64,000 nucleotides of DNA from Gordius albopunctatus (lineage: Eukaryota): positions 62,001 to 126,000 of the forward strand of contig OZ193909.1 in assembly GCA_964276515.1 (NCBI GenBank), read 5' to 3'. This document shows positions 40,762 to 52,099 of the stretch, in pieces. The notes under the pieces are model-generated. The model was not told the DNA's origin. It saw only the letters and a list, made by a program, of their open reading frames with translations, and did no database searches. The first letter of the stretch is position 1, and every line of letters begins with the position of its first letter. The position numbers and the translations under genes were made by a program.

Positions 40762-42139
40762 TCTACCACAAAAGATTGGATTTATTAATTATTATGGGGG
40801 GAAATATTTTGAATTTGTAAAATAATATTTTACATGATTTCGAAGAGCGAATGCATGTTTTCTGGTCTGATAGTCTATCTTTGAAGATATATAATGCTTA
40901 ACCAAATTAAAGGAGAAATGGGGGCATTAGGGAATGCGCCCAAACCGGCTAATCGCATTTTTAAAATAAATTTTGTCGGCCGGGTCGGGTGAAGCAGGCA
41001 AACCTCTAATCAAACTACAAGTTTTGATTTGCGCTTTAATAACTTATTCATTAGAATTTAGAGTAAAAAAATTATTATATATGTATAGATATTATATGTA
41101 TATCTATTGTCGTTCTTATTTCAAAATTTAGTGCTAACAAAGTTATATTTCTAAATAGGGTAAATTCTTATGGGTTTCATCAATGGACAAGCGTTGTTTA
41201 CCTGCTTCCCAGACCTCTACAAAAGTGCTTCTCATTAAACTGAGCCTGTTTTTTATTTAAGTACCCCACCCTGAGCCGAGCCATAAATATTATTTACATA
41301 AAGCCCGACGCCAGCCAGTGCATGGCAGACATCCTTATTAAATCGTAAAAACAAATATTTTTTGGCGTATGAATAAATAAAATAATTCCTTTTAATTATG
41401 CTCTGATGATTTGAAACTAAGAATAAATAAAATGTTAGGAATCCAGTTTTTAAACTATATAATAACGAGTCTTACGGTCCAAAATAAAGAAGAGTTTTGA
41501 TTAATAAGGTTATGGCCCCTTTCGAATGTTTAAATATATTTTTATAAAAGATTAATAATAAAAAAATGAAAAAGAGGGAGAAGGGGTTAAACAGCCACAG
41601 CAACCTAAGGCGTATGGTACAGATAAGTTAAATAAAGTTCTATACTCACAAATTATTCGATGTGTGTTGGCTAGGCTTCGGCCTGGGAACGGACAGGCCG
41701 GACCCGAGCGCTTGTTTATTTTTAATTTTTGTAGACGGCCTCAGATGGCACGTGCAGGGCTTTCCCCCCACATAAAAGAATATTTTGTTAAGCCTTTCTC
41801 CTCGGGGCAAAAAGGTGGCTGCTCCTGATTTTGAGCACGCTCACCTAAATGGATGTAATATGCCTAGCCGGTCTTAGTATATAAACAAAAAAGTAGGACT
41901 GATTTATTCGTAAACCCAACTTCTAATTACATAATAATATTTAACGTTTTAGGGTGCGTCTTAAAATAAGATTTTGACTCGCAGCAAAAAAAGCAAACAC
42001 ATGTTGAAACATAGCCGCGTCTTAATATACGCTTCACTTCATTTTTGCTTCTTTGTTACTTCATTTCATTCGCGATTTGCAGGATGCAAAATATAGAGTA
42101 AGCTAATAAAATAATTATTAAATGCATAATAAATGCTTA

Positions 42140-42522
42140 AATTAGGCAAAAACAAACAAAAACACTCATTAGAAGTGTGGAATCTCAAATCATTATTTGG
42201 GATGATGAAAATGAACTTCACAGTAATAAACTAGAGGTTGCCAAATCATGGCAACTGGTAGCCAATGATTGCAACTTGCCAGGTTATATTTTATAATAAA
42301 TGTTATAATTTTAATAGTAGAACAATGCAAAACCAAGTGGAAAATCTTAAGAGATGGGTTAGGTTAATAAATATAGAAGAAGAAAAGCTCAAAATTTCTA
42401 GTGATCCAGAAAAGATCTTTCTGGATTCACTATTAGCAGACTTCAAATCTCTGAATGATAACAATAAGTTACTTTTCAAATTAAATATATTGCAACTGTT
42501 AGAAAATTTAAAACATAATTGA
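42140..42522 (+). pseudogene. Harbinger accessory MADF (Myb/SANT-like) plus BESS gene, internally deleted
   Basis: LIRSVES..IIWDD....HSNK....SWQLVA, a 35-nt intron (42283-42317), then CKTKWKILRD. BESS-like DPEKIFLDSLLADFKSL...KLLFKLNILQLL follows in another frame. Confidence 0.7.
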
Positions 42523-42680
42523 TTATTGCATTTTTTATATATTAGTTGATGATACATTTTATATGATGAATAAAGGTTTATGTGTATTATTACAACTCTA
42601 AGCTAAACTTGACAACCCTTAAAAGGAATAACAATTTATTAAGAGTACTCATTAAACAATAAAAAAAAATTATAATGGTT

Positions 42681-43903
42681 TTAATGCCAAGGTAAAGAAT
42701 GACATTTAAAATATTGACTAAATAATTCTCTAATATTCTGAGCACGGTGAGAAGATGGGTTGTTCTCAGGCTATAACTGTTGGGTATTTTCAATTTGGGC
42801 ATTGTGTAAATTATAATCATAAGAAGGCGATTCCTTATCTAATAAAATATTATGCAAAATACAAATTGTTTGAATTATTTTTTCAGCCTTTTTAGGCTTA
42901 GTTTTTATTGGGGTCTCAAGAATCCCAAATTTTTTAGCCAATATTCCAAATGAACATTCTACAGAATTCCTGGCTCTTGCCAATCTTTTGTTGTACATAA
43001 CTTTGTCATCATTTAATGAAGAGCTTGGATATAGCTTCATAAGAAACTCTGATAGCTGAAAAGCTTCATCAGCTATGAATACATATGGGACTTTTACAGG
43101 AGTATTAGTTAAATAGGTATCATGTGGTAAAAAATTTCTATTTTCCTCTATCCTTTTATACAGGGAACAGTGTTTCCAAACCCCTCCGTCACTTTGACAC
43201 CCTAGGGCTCCTACATCAATATAAGTAAATTTATATTTGGCATCTGAGACAGCCATCAATACAATGGAATGATATCCTTTGTAGTTATAGAAACAGCTTC
43301 CTGCTTTTGCTGGTTTGATAATCCTTATATGCTTTCCATCAACTGCTCCCAAACAATTTGGAAAGTTCCATATCTCCTCATAATCTTTTGCTATCTAAAG
43401 AATAATTTATTTTATATTAAATAATGCCTACTTTTTTCCAATTTTCATGATTGGGTATTGGTATGTGAATCTTCATCAAGTTTTTTACAATAGCTTCAGT
43501 AACTTCATTTACTATATAGGCTATTGCACTTCTACTTATCCTAAAAGAAAAGGCTAATTGCCTGAAACAGTCCCCCAATATTAAATATCTAAATTGAAAA
43601 TTAAATATAATCTATTCTTATAATATACCTTAAAGTAACCATCAACCTTTCAGCTGGACTTATCCATTCAACTTTATCATTAGAAGGATTTATATCTTCT
43701 TCAATATGAGACAAGATATAGTAAAATGTGCTTTGTTGCATCCTTTTATAATCATAAAATAACTCATCATCCTTTAAAATATTTTTAATCATTAGAAAAC
43801 TCCCCAAAAACATGTCTTTGTTTATATAATATTTTTTTTTTTCTTCTAGTAGATTTTTTTGATGCATACTCAGTAAAAGAATTAATATTGATATTGCATC
43901 CAT
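42681..43903 (-). pseudogene. Harbinger DDE transposase (exons 43903-43629, 43588-43432, 43394-42681) with one premature TAG at 42771-42773
   Basis: ERLMVTLRYL, WNFPNCLGAVDGKHIRI, YNYKGYHSIVL, SDGG, ADEAF and RARNSVECSFGIL. The frame continues past the TAG into AQNIRELFSQYF...LPWH*. Confidence 0.88.
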
Positions 43904-44577
43904 TTAGTTGAATCGCATATTTAGACACAAAAAATTATGGCGCGCTTGAAGTTGAAGCGTATATTAAGACGGGCATTTAAGGATGCACAAAACACATGTT
44001 TTATTTTTTAGATATTATATATTGCAATGAAAGCTATGTAAGGTATTTACAATTGCACCTTGATGGCATTGTATTCCTATGAGTGATGCGCAAACGGAAT
44101 TTGATTTTTGGATATTAATTTACCGAGGATATTCCATAAATTTGTAGATGCAGGAAAAATCGATGATTAGTAAAGCTGTATTAATGAAAGAGATGGATGT
44201 GGAAAAAGATGAAAAACAATTGAAATGATAAGCTGCTCGTTGTTTATAGTTTCATATAAAGGAGATTTTAGAATTGTAGTAGATTTGATTTAACTAAATA
44301 AACATGGGAGGGGGGGGGGTAGTTACAATTAAGCGAAAACGGGAAAAAGATGATGGGCAACTTTAGTAGCTTGGGCGGAGGTGTGTAATACGGCGGCAGT
44401 CAACAGCAGTAGCATCAGGTAAAATGAGAGAGCTCCCTCTCGTTGCGCGAATCGCCGAAGGGTGTGCCCCCCTCCTCAGCCTCACACTGCGCTCGCTCGT
44501 GTTGGGGTAAATGAATGAGTACTCTGACATCTTTTAACGATGTCACCACACCCACTCACCCACCCACCCACTCACTA

Positions 44578-44613
<36 letters not shown>
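44578..44613 (+). repeat. (GCCT)n microsatellite within a locally GC-rich segment
   Basis: About 9 direct cctg repeats. Confidence 0.95.
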
Positions 44614-46879
44614 CTCCTCCTACATAATTCACTCAATTTCACCACTCCCATTTTTGGTTTCTATTGCGCCCACAAAATGTTTTTAACCTCAATCCATTTT
44701 TATTCGCTCGATCTATATTCTCTTTTTTTCTATTCGCTCGAGCCCGATCCCAGCCAGACTTAAAACCTTATTTAATTGTATTGTCATAAATGAATCATTT
44801 GCCATTATTATATGGTTATAAAGATAGATGGTGTTAGCACCTCTCGTTTCTAACAACTTCCTTTAAGTGTTAACAAGGTAAAATCATTATTTCTAAATGT
44901 TTTCAACGATAGTTCTTTTCATAAAAGTGTATTTGGAGATTATGTGACATGTTTGATATAATAAATTATTATTAAATCGTATTTATCTAGAAATATTATA
45001 CCACTCCCTACCTCTTAAAGTAGATGATAAGTCTTTGAAATTATTTGCCTTTGCGGAATTGCAATAGCATTACATCTTTATCCTGTAATTCCGTATATAA
45101 ATGTATCATTTCGAACATGCAAATTATTTTAATGAGGGAGGAGGAGCTGTTGTGGGGTAAGATGATGTCTGTAAGAAAAAATATGATTAGTGGTGGTGGC
45201 TGTTGTCCCGTGCCCACCCCATCCCAAAAATTATAAATGGATCCTGTTGAATGAGATTAATATTACGAGGTCCGTTTTTGATAAGAATGAAGTGATTAGT
45301 CTCGCGATGTAATACAATAATAAATTAGCAGGTTGTTGTAGCACATCTACAACGACGCCACCTGAATAGTGAAAGTGAAGGAAGTGATAGCCTCCTCCTC
45401 CTTAGTCATTCTCATACATAGTAATAATAATTTGTCACAACTCGTTAACTTTCATCCAAAATTTATCATAAGATTGGATTATATATAAATAAGCACAAAA
45501 TGTTAGCTTGATAATTTGAATATAGGTATAGCCCTTGGGTGAAGATTAGTACTTCAAGGTGACATGATAATATAATTATGTAATACAAATCCTTCGAATA
45601 AGAGAGAATTCATTTGAAACAGTGGTAATATGGGATTGATAATGCGCACTTTATCGATCCTTATTTCTTGGGTATTACTGGTTATTAAAAACTGCAAAAA
45701 GTACGTTGGAGTCATTAAGAGTTAAATTTAAACGTTTGAATCTGTTAGTAGTGATGATGATAAAAGAGATGAGGGCGGGCAGGGGGGAGAAGTTGCTTGG
45801 GACTTGGGAGGGAAGGCAGAAGCAACATCTACAGAAATTTTATAAAACACCTATGGAAATTATGGAAAAGAAAGATGAGAAATTTATAATCATGAAAGTT
45901 CCGCCCGGGGCCCCACTTGAATTCAAATCCCGCTTTTGCCTCTGAAAAAAATGCCAGTCAAATTTATGTTAAAATATAAATGTTTTTGCTGTGTTAGAAA
46001 AAGAGCGACATACATATTAATGATTCAGGGGGGGGGGGGAATCTTTTGTTAAATAATATCAGGGATTAATAAAATTATTATATTAAAAAATACGTTGACA
46101 CGTGATATATTTAATTAGTTATAACATGAAAAAGAGTAGAGGAGATCGGGGATAACAGAGCTCTATAAAATTAAGTCTGTTTAAATAAAAACAAATAAAT
46201 ATTATAGAATAACAATCGAAAATTAAGATTAACTAATTTTCAACAATAATTTATTGAACGACACAAGTTATAAGTTGAGAAAAAGAATATTATCATCATT
46301 TTATGATATAACATGATAATGGGTATAACAACAAACTGTCATGCTATATTATATTTTCAAAGAATATCAATTGAAAAATTATATCTTAATTTGATATTAA
46401 ATTATAAATTAGCAACTGAGTTAAATGGCAATATGTTTCAAGCGCCCAGCACCAGTTTCCATTATCTTAAATAATTTTGTATATTTTCATTTATTAAAAT
46501 ATTTTATTTAATCGTTCAATTGAATGAATGCGAAAAGGGAAAGGTTTGGGTATACTTTTAATTCGCTCCTCGCTACCATCCATAGCCATATTAAATGCAA
46601 AATATACGTTATTAATATATCATGGTATTAAATTTTAATATTAAATAAGTGAAAATATTAATATAATAATAATAATATATTTATTTATATGAATAAAAGC
46701 AAAACTTTTTCTCCGTTAATTGTTAACTTTTATTTTTCCTTTACTACTTTAATTTTTATAGACATCATAGAGATGTATTGAAGAAGGGAGATATTGCCCA
46801 CCCTAGTTTCAAAAAAACACAGAAAATAGTGGTGCGTATGAAAATAATAATATTAAGCGCAATAATATCCAAATCAAAT

Positions 46880-47398
46880 GATTCTCATTCAAAAAAAGCT
46901 CTTCAAAAACAAGCTAATAAAAAATTTAGACTCTAAAATGTGTTCAAGAATAAAGCTCTTCAAAAAAAAGCTGATCAGAAAAAAAGCTAATAAATCAACA
47001 GGAACATTTGGCAATTTCGACATATAGTGCAGAATATCTAATTGATAATTTATTCTCCCGCAATTTAGATTAATCCATGGATTTAAGATTCTTCCGCAAT
47101 TTAGATTTAACCTTCTAACGGAAGTTTTCCTACCATTTTTGAATATCCCATTTTTGAATATCCCATTTTTGAATATCTATATTATTTTTAGATATCTTAT
47201 TAATAAATCTAATTATTAGATCTTATTTTTAAAAATCCTATTTTTGAATCTATAACCCATTTTTATATATTTAATATTTAAATTTTATTTTCAAATTTGC
47301 TATACGACATACACCTCATAAGACATCAAGTACATTTTAGGGTCTAAATTTTTTATCAGCTTTTTTTGAAGAGCTTTTTTTTTGAACAGAAACGAATC
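46880..47398. mobile_element. MITE-like element with ~65-bp TIRs and internal 15-bp tandem repeats
   Basis: ttcaaaaaaagctcttcaaaaa...aaaatttagactctaaaatgt is inverted at 47327-47390; ccatttttgaatatc x3 at ~47133-47177. No clear TSD. Confidence 0.7.
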
Positions 47399-47740
47399 AA
47401 ATTTACACATATAAAATTGACTTGTTGTTGGCTTTAAGATAATACGACGACGACATATATCCTTTTCCAACATGCTTTTACAAGCGCATATATAAATTTT
47501 TAATTAAAGATAGTCTCGGGATAGCAAACATGAATGTTTTTAAATTGGTGGGTGCGATTAAGACAAAATTTTAAGTTGAAACCAACTGTATACTACCATA
47601 AATAATTGAAATTCAACACTTTAATTTTAAATTTGGAAATTCGGACAATTCTGTCAAATAACAATTTAATCATTAGGTTGTGCGAGGATAAAAATGTTTT
47701 AGTTAAAGAAATAAAGTCTGAAAAATAGATCTATTGAAGA

Positions 47741-48960
47741 CTTACCAAATGTTTGCTATGAATATTTTTGTTATAAAACCCCAAATTATTTTTCCATCAA
47801 GGGAATCCAAATAATATGTGAAAGATGGGAATAAATAACGCACTATGCTCGTGTGTAGATTGCAATATAACTCAGGTTAAAACAGGCTTATTTGTTTGGA
47901 CATAAGCAGGCAGGTAAAAAGGCAGCTTTTGGTCGAATTTTCAACAATTTTGGAAAGAATAAAAAGTTGCTGTAGTAGTGTCAGGTCAGCGAAAAAAGGT
48001 TTTGATTTGGCCCCGCTCTCTCTCTCACTCACGCACTCACAAGATCGGTGTCGTGCATTGCATAGCAGTAGCACGTGCGGTGTCCTATGCTGTCGCTTCG
48101 ATTCCGCTGCCAACTTTGCCTTCTTTGTCCTGTCCTCAGTGACACTGCTTGTGGGAGGCGTCGCCTTCGCTACTCTTCCATTTTCCGATAAAAGCTCCCT
48201 CCCTGAAGACCCTCGCCAAAATAAAAAAAAATGAACGAATCCAAAATCGTCCCCAAGGCTTATTAGAAATTCAATCATTCCAAAAAATTTAAATATGAAG
48301 CTAAATTGTCAAAAGGTATTGAAAGGATGTTGTTAAGAAAAGTGCGAATATTGTATTCTATGTAAGCAAAAGGGGTTAACAAGAAGGGTTAATCCCCGTT
48401 TAAGGCAGGCGCGCGCGCGACCACATTTGGTGAGCGAGCGTAGTAACTCGAAATATCCCGCCTCATCTGCCTGACATTCACCGAATGAGATTAGGTGGGT
48501 GGGGCCCTGCGTGGACATAACACACACACACATTTTTTCTCTCTGTTAGTGTAAAATTATGTAGCGCGTCTAATTAATATTTAGGCTAGATACTGCAAAA
48601 AATTCGATCAATTGGCGCCACATCTCACCTGCTTATCGCCGCGCTAAAAATAGTGGATAATAATTTCGTAAATTTTGGACCATTAACTTCCTGCCACCGC
48701 TTCCCCTTCCTAGCAATTTCCAGTTGAAACTTGTGTCAAGGGGGGATGTCCGGGAAAAAGAAAGAATGGAAGCAACTCCACTAGGCTGAGCTGAGCAGCG
48801 TTAGGGTAGCTAGGTAGGTAGGGAACAACGAAAGGCTCTTTCCATTCTATCGCCGATTATACGACTTCTACGAACTGAAATGAGGACATTCGTGAAACTA
48901 GCTGCTGCTGCTGCTGCTGCTAGGTTAGAAAGAGATGAGGAGGTAACGCGGTTCTCTCTC
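47741..48960 (-). promoter_or_regulatory. Candidate NF-kB non-coding first exon and promoter
   Basis: Strong minus-strand donor G|GTAAGT at 47746/47745. A unique-looking GC/CpG-enriched stretch lies upstream, with simple repeats. The first RHD exon begins at an acceptor (40763-40764), so an upstream exon is expected. Confidence 0.35.
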
Positions 48961-49912
48961 TATGTATTACAATATACACAACATATATAGCATAGCAAAG
49001 TAATGTCGTCGCCAATAACACATTTTAACCTATAATTAGGGGTCGAAAAATTTGTGTGGGTAAATTGGTGAAAGCGTTATAGCTTTGACATTAAAACACT
49101 GTCCGCGGACCGACCTTATTTATGTCTTCTCTCCTTAACAGGAGCCCTGCCTGGTAGAGAGAAAGGCAATCATTTTGACTGATTGCCACAAAAGAAAATA
49201 ATTTTAGAAAAAAATTTCCTATAGTGTGGAAATCAAAGTCAAGTGAATAATTAACCATATGTCAATTTTCACATGTATAAATGCTATGAATTATAAGTAT
49301 AAACTTCCTATAGTTGTTAACATAATGTTGAAAAATTTAGATTATGTATAGAAAATCAAATTTATAACGTTATTCAGTCATACCATATAAGAAGAACACC
49401 TCTGTAAATCATTGTTTGAATAAAATTCAACATATAATCCTTTTAAAATTTGTGAAAATGTCTTTAAATAATTCATAGAATTAAAGCAACACGGTGTAGG
49501 TTAGATTAAAGTTTTTTGCAAATAAGTTTTGGAAGATGAAATATTTAAGAATTAAAATGGCTTTACATAATTTACTTGTGTTATTTTTAAAATGTGGACA
49601 CGATAATTAATAAAATAAATAGAAATGTTTAAACCAAAATCAAAGTGTTTATTTTTGAACAATGTCCGGTGTATCTCGAGGAGACAATGCAAGGGTTAGG
49701 GATTTATAAGGACGAAATATTGTTAAAATTAATCACTTTTTTATATTTTCGTGAGATGAATTGCCTATGTTTTAAAAAATATTTTTTTCTAATTTGTGCT
49801 CAAATGCATTATTTAGGCATCTCAAATTTTTTATCACATTCTAAATTTAGAAAAAAAGATCAAAAACTTTGATCGGAATTTTGTACAAGAATGCCCGCTT
49901 CAACATCCCCAC

Positions 49913-51020
49913 CAGAGACCAGAAATGCCCGACCCGGCCCGCTGCCCGGCCCGCCTGACCCAGCCCACGGGCCGGGCCGGGCAATTGTCTTAAATTTTAA
50001 TTTTCGGGCGGGCACGCTGATAAGATTCGGGCGATTCGGACATGTCCAAAATTTTATCAAATTAATTTTCCTTGAAAAAAGAAAAATTCGCTTATGAACA
50101 ATTTTGGGCCATAATAAATTTGACTAGATTTTTTTCCATTGCTTAAATCTTCATTCGTTGTACGTTTATATAATGTCCTAATTTCAACTTCTTCAAAATT
50201 AAATTTTATTTCGAATAAATTAGTTTAACTGGTTTGTCTCAAGATCAAAAATTTTTAATTTTCAGATTATCACAACAATTTAAACTGCCATGGGCGTAGA
50301 CAAGGGGAGCAAGAAGGGGCAGCTGTCCCCCTCTAAATTCAAAATTTTGTTAAAATTTATTCAAATTATGGGGCTAAATTTTCAAAAAATGATCATTTTG
50401 CCCCTCCCTAAATCATTATTGCCCCTCTCTAATTTTAATGTTGGCTACGCCCATGTAAACTGCTACTCTAATACTATGGAAGAAACCATTTTACTCTCTG
50501 GTAGTAAATTATTACATTTTGATCGCGTTCGCGAATGCTGCCACCCCCCCCCCCCATGTTAAATCTTTGCCCCACTCCATTATGGAAAGGATTGGATTAT
50601 TTATATTTATGTAGCCATTTTAGTGTTCGCAATACACATGTGTGCCGTCTAGACTTAAAACAAAGGCTAATGCCATTTTCTAACAATGCGCATAATTGTA
50701 ATTGTAATTCATTTAATTTTTCAACAACTAAAAATTCGTTCAGCCTTTTTGATTCCTACTTATTTTTATAATATTCTTTTGCTTCAAATAAAAATTATCA
50801 TTCAAGAATTTGGACCGGGCGGGGTTCGGGCAGAAAAATTCAAACAAATCCGACCTCTGTTTGGGACCTCATAAATTCGGGACTAACGGACAAATTTAAT
50901 ATTTCGGGCCGGGCAATTCGGGCAGCTTTAACGATTCGGGCGGGCCCGGGCGGGCAATGAAGTTAAAAAATTGAATCGGGCCGGATTCGGGCAGAAAATT
51001 CCCAACAAATTTGACCTCTG
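49913..51020. mobile_element. Non-autonomous hAT-type element carrying a nested MITE (50289-50455)
   Basis: Termini cagag...ctctg, TSD atccccac/atacccac and GCCCG subterminal repeats. The nested MITE catgggcgtag...ctacgcccatg has TSD taaactgc. Confidence 0.85.
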
Positions 51021-51878
51021 ATACCCACTTCTAAATAGAGGCAGGGAGACAATTCACATTTATTTGAAACATGAAAATTAATGTCAAAAATTATATTACT
51101 AATTATTTTATTAAATTATTATTTATATCTTCGTTACTGTATTAATTTAACTTTTTGAAACATTGTCATACAATACATTATTTGAATAGGTTTGGTCAAT
51201 ATTAATTTTATGAGATTAAGATATTTAAAGTGAAATCATATTTTGTTGTATATCAAATATTTTTAATTTATTGTATTTTCCAATCAAGTAAAACTATCAC
51301 TTTATGTTTTTGTGAAAGATCGCAGGACATACAATTGTAAAAGAGGACCGGCAAGGCTAAATGAATTCAAAACATAATTTTCAGAAGAAACTCCCTCCTA
51401 TGATATTATCGTAGATTTGCAAATCCATTAAAAGACTTAAGGAAATGCTAATTAGCAATTACATGTGTTTAATTTCACGTTGAAGTCATAATATAATGAA
51501 TTAACTAAGCTTCTCATTTGGAAATGAAGGAGTTGAAGAGGAAGAACTTTAGTGATTTTAGTTCAACCATACATAATTTGCGCACTTAGCTTTCCTGCAC
51601 TTTAAATATATAACTTTATCATATTGCGGGACGATGACAAACTATAAGATTATTTTAATAATTGTGCTTTGCGAATCTTACATATAAAAAACTCAAAAAT
51701 AATATTCATTTATATTTTACATGCCCAATTTCTTAAAAAATAAGCTGTTTGTAAAACTTTTACTTTTACCTATTTAACTTTAGTTTTATGAATTGTGATA
51801 AGTTGTGAAATTAAAAGTCTTGCAACATGTCATATCCACGAGATAAAACATGCCCTCTCTATCCCACCCACCCCCGGT

Positions 51879-52051
51879 TGAAGCCCGGCACGGCTGACTC
51901 GAACCCCGACCCGACCGGTTGAGGTAGAAAATTTTAAAATGCCTTCGGGTTCGGCTTGAAAATATTTAAAACTTTCTGGTTTGGTTGGGTTTAATTTAAA
52001 ATGCTTTGGGGTGGAGTCGTGGCTAGGAAAAAGTGACGTCGCAGGGCTCTA
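51879..52051. mobile_element. Short decayed member of the 7919 hAT family
   Basis: TSD cccccggt on both sides; right end gcagggctcta. Confidence 0.8.
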
Positions 52052-52099
52052 CCCCCGGTTATCCCCGCACCCGGTAGTCCCTTTGGGTTGGTGCTATGT

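Larger units (their letters stand above)
41952..43976. mobile_element. PIF/Harbinger transposon with convergent transposase and MADF/BESS genes
   Basis: TTA on both flanks and imperfect TIRs (cgtcttaa core). There is a longer match cgtcttaatatacgcttca at 42018 versus the right end. Two-gene layout is typical of the superfamily. Confidence 0.85.

Noticed and set aside
47877..48278. Overlapping 133-aa and 112-aa ORFs
   Set aside because: No recognisable domain; more likely chance ORFs in a GC-richer UTR or promoter region.
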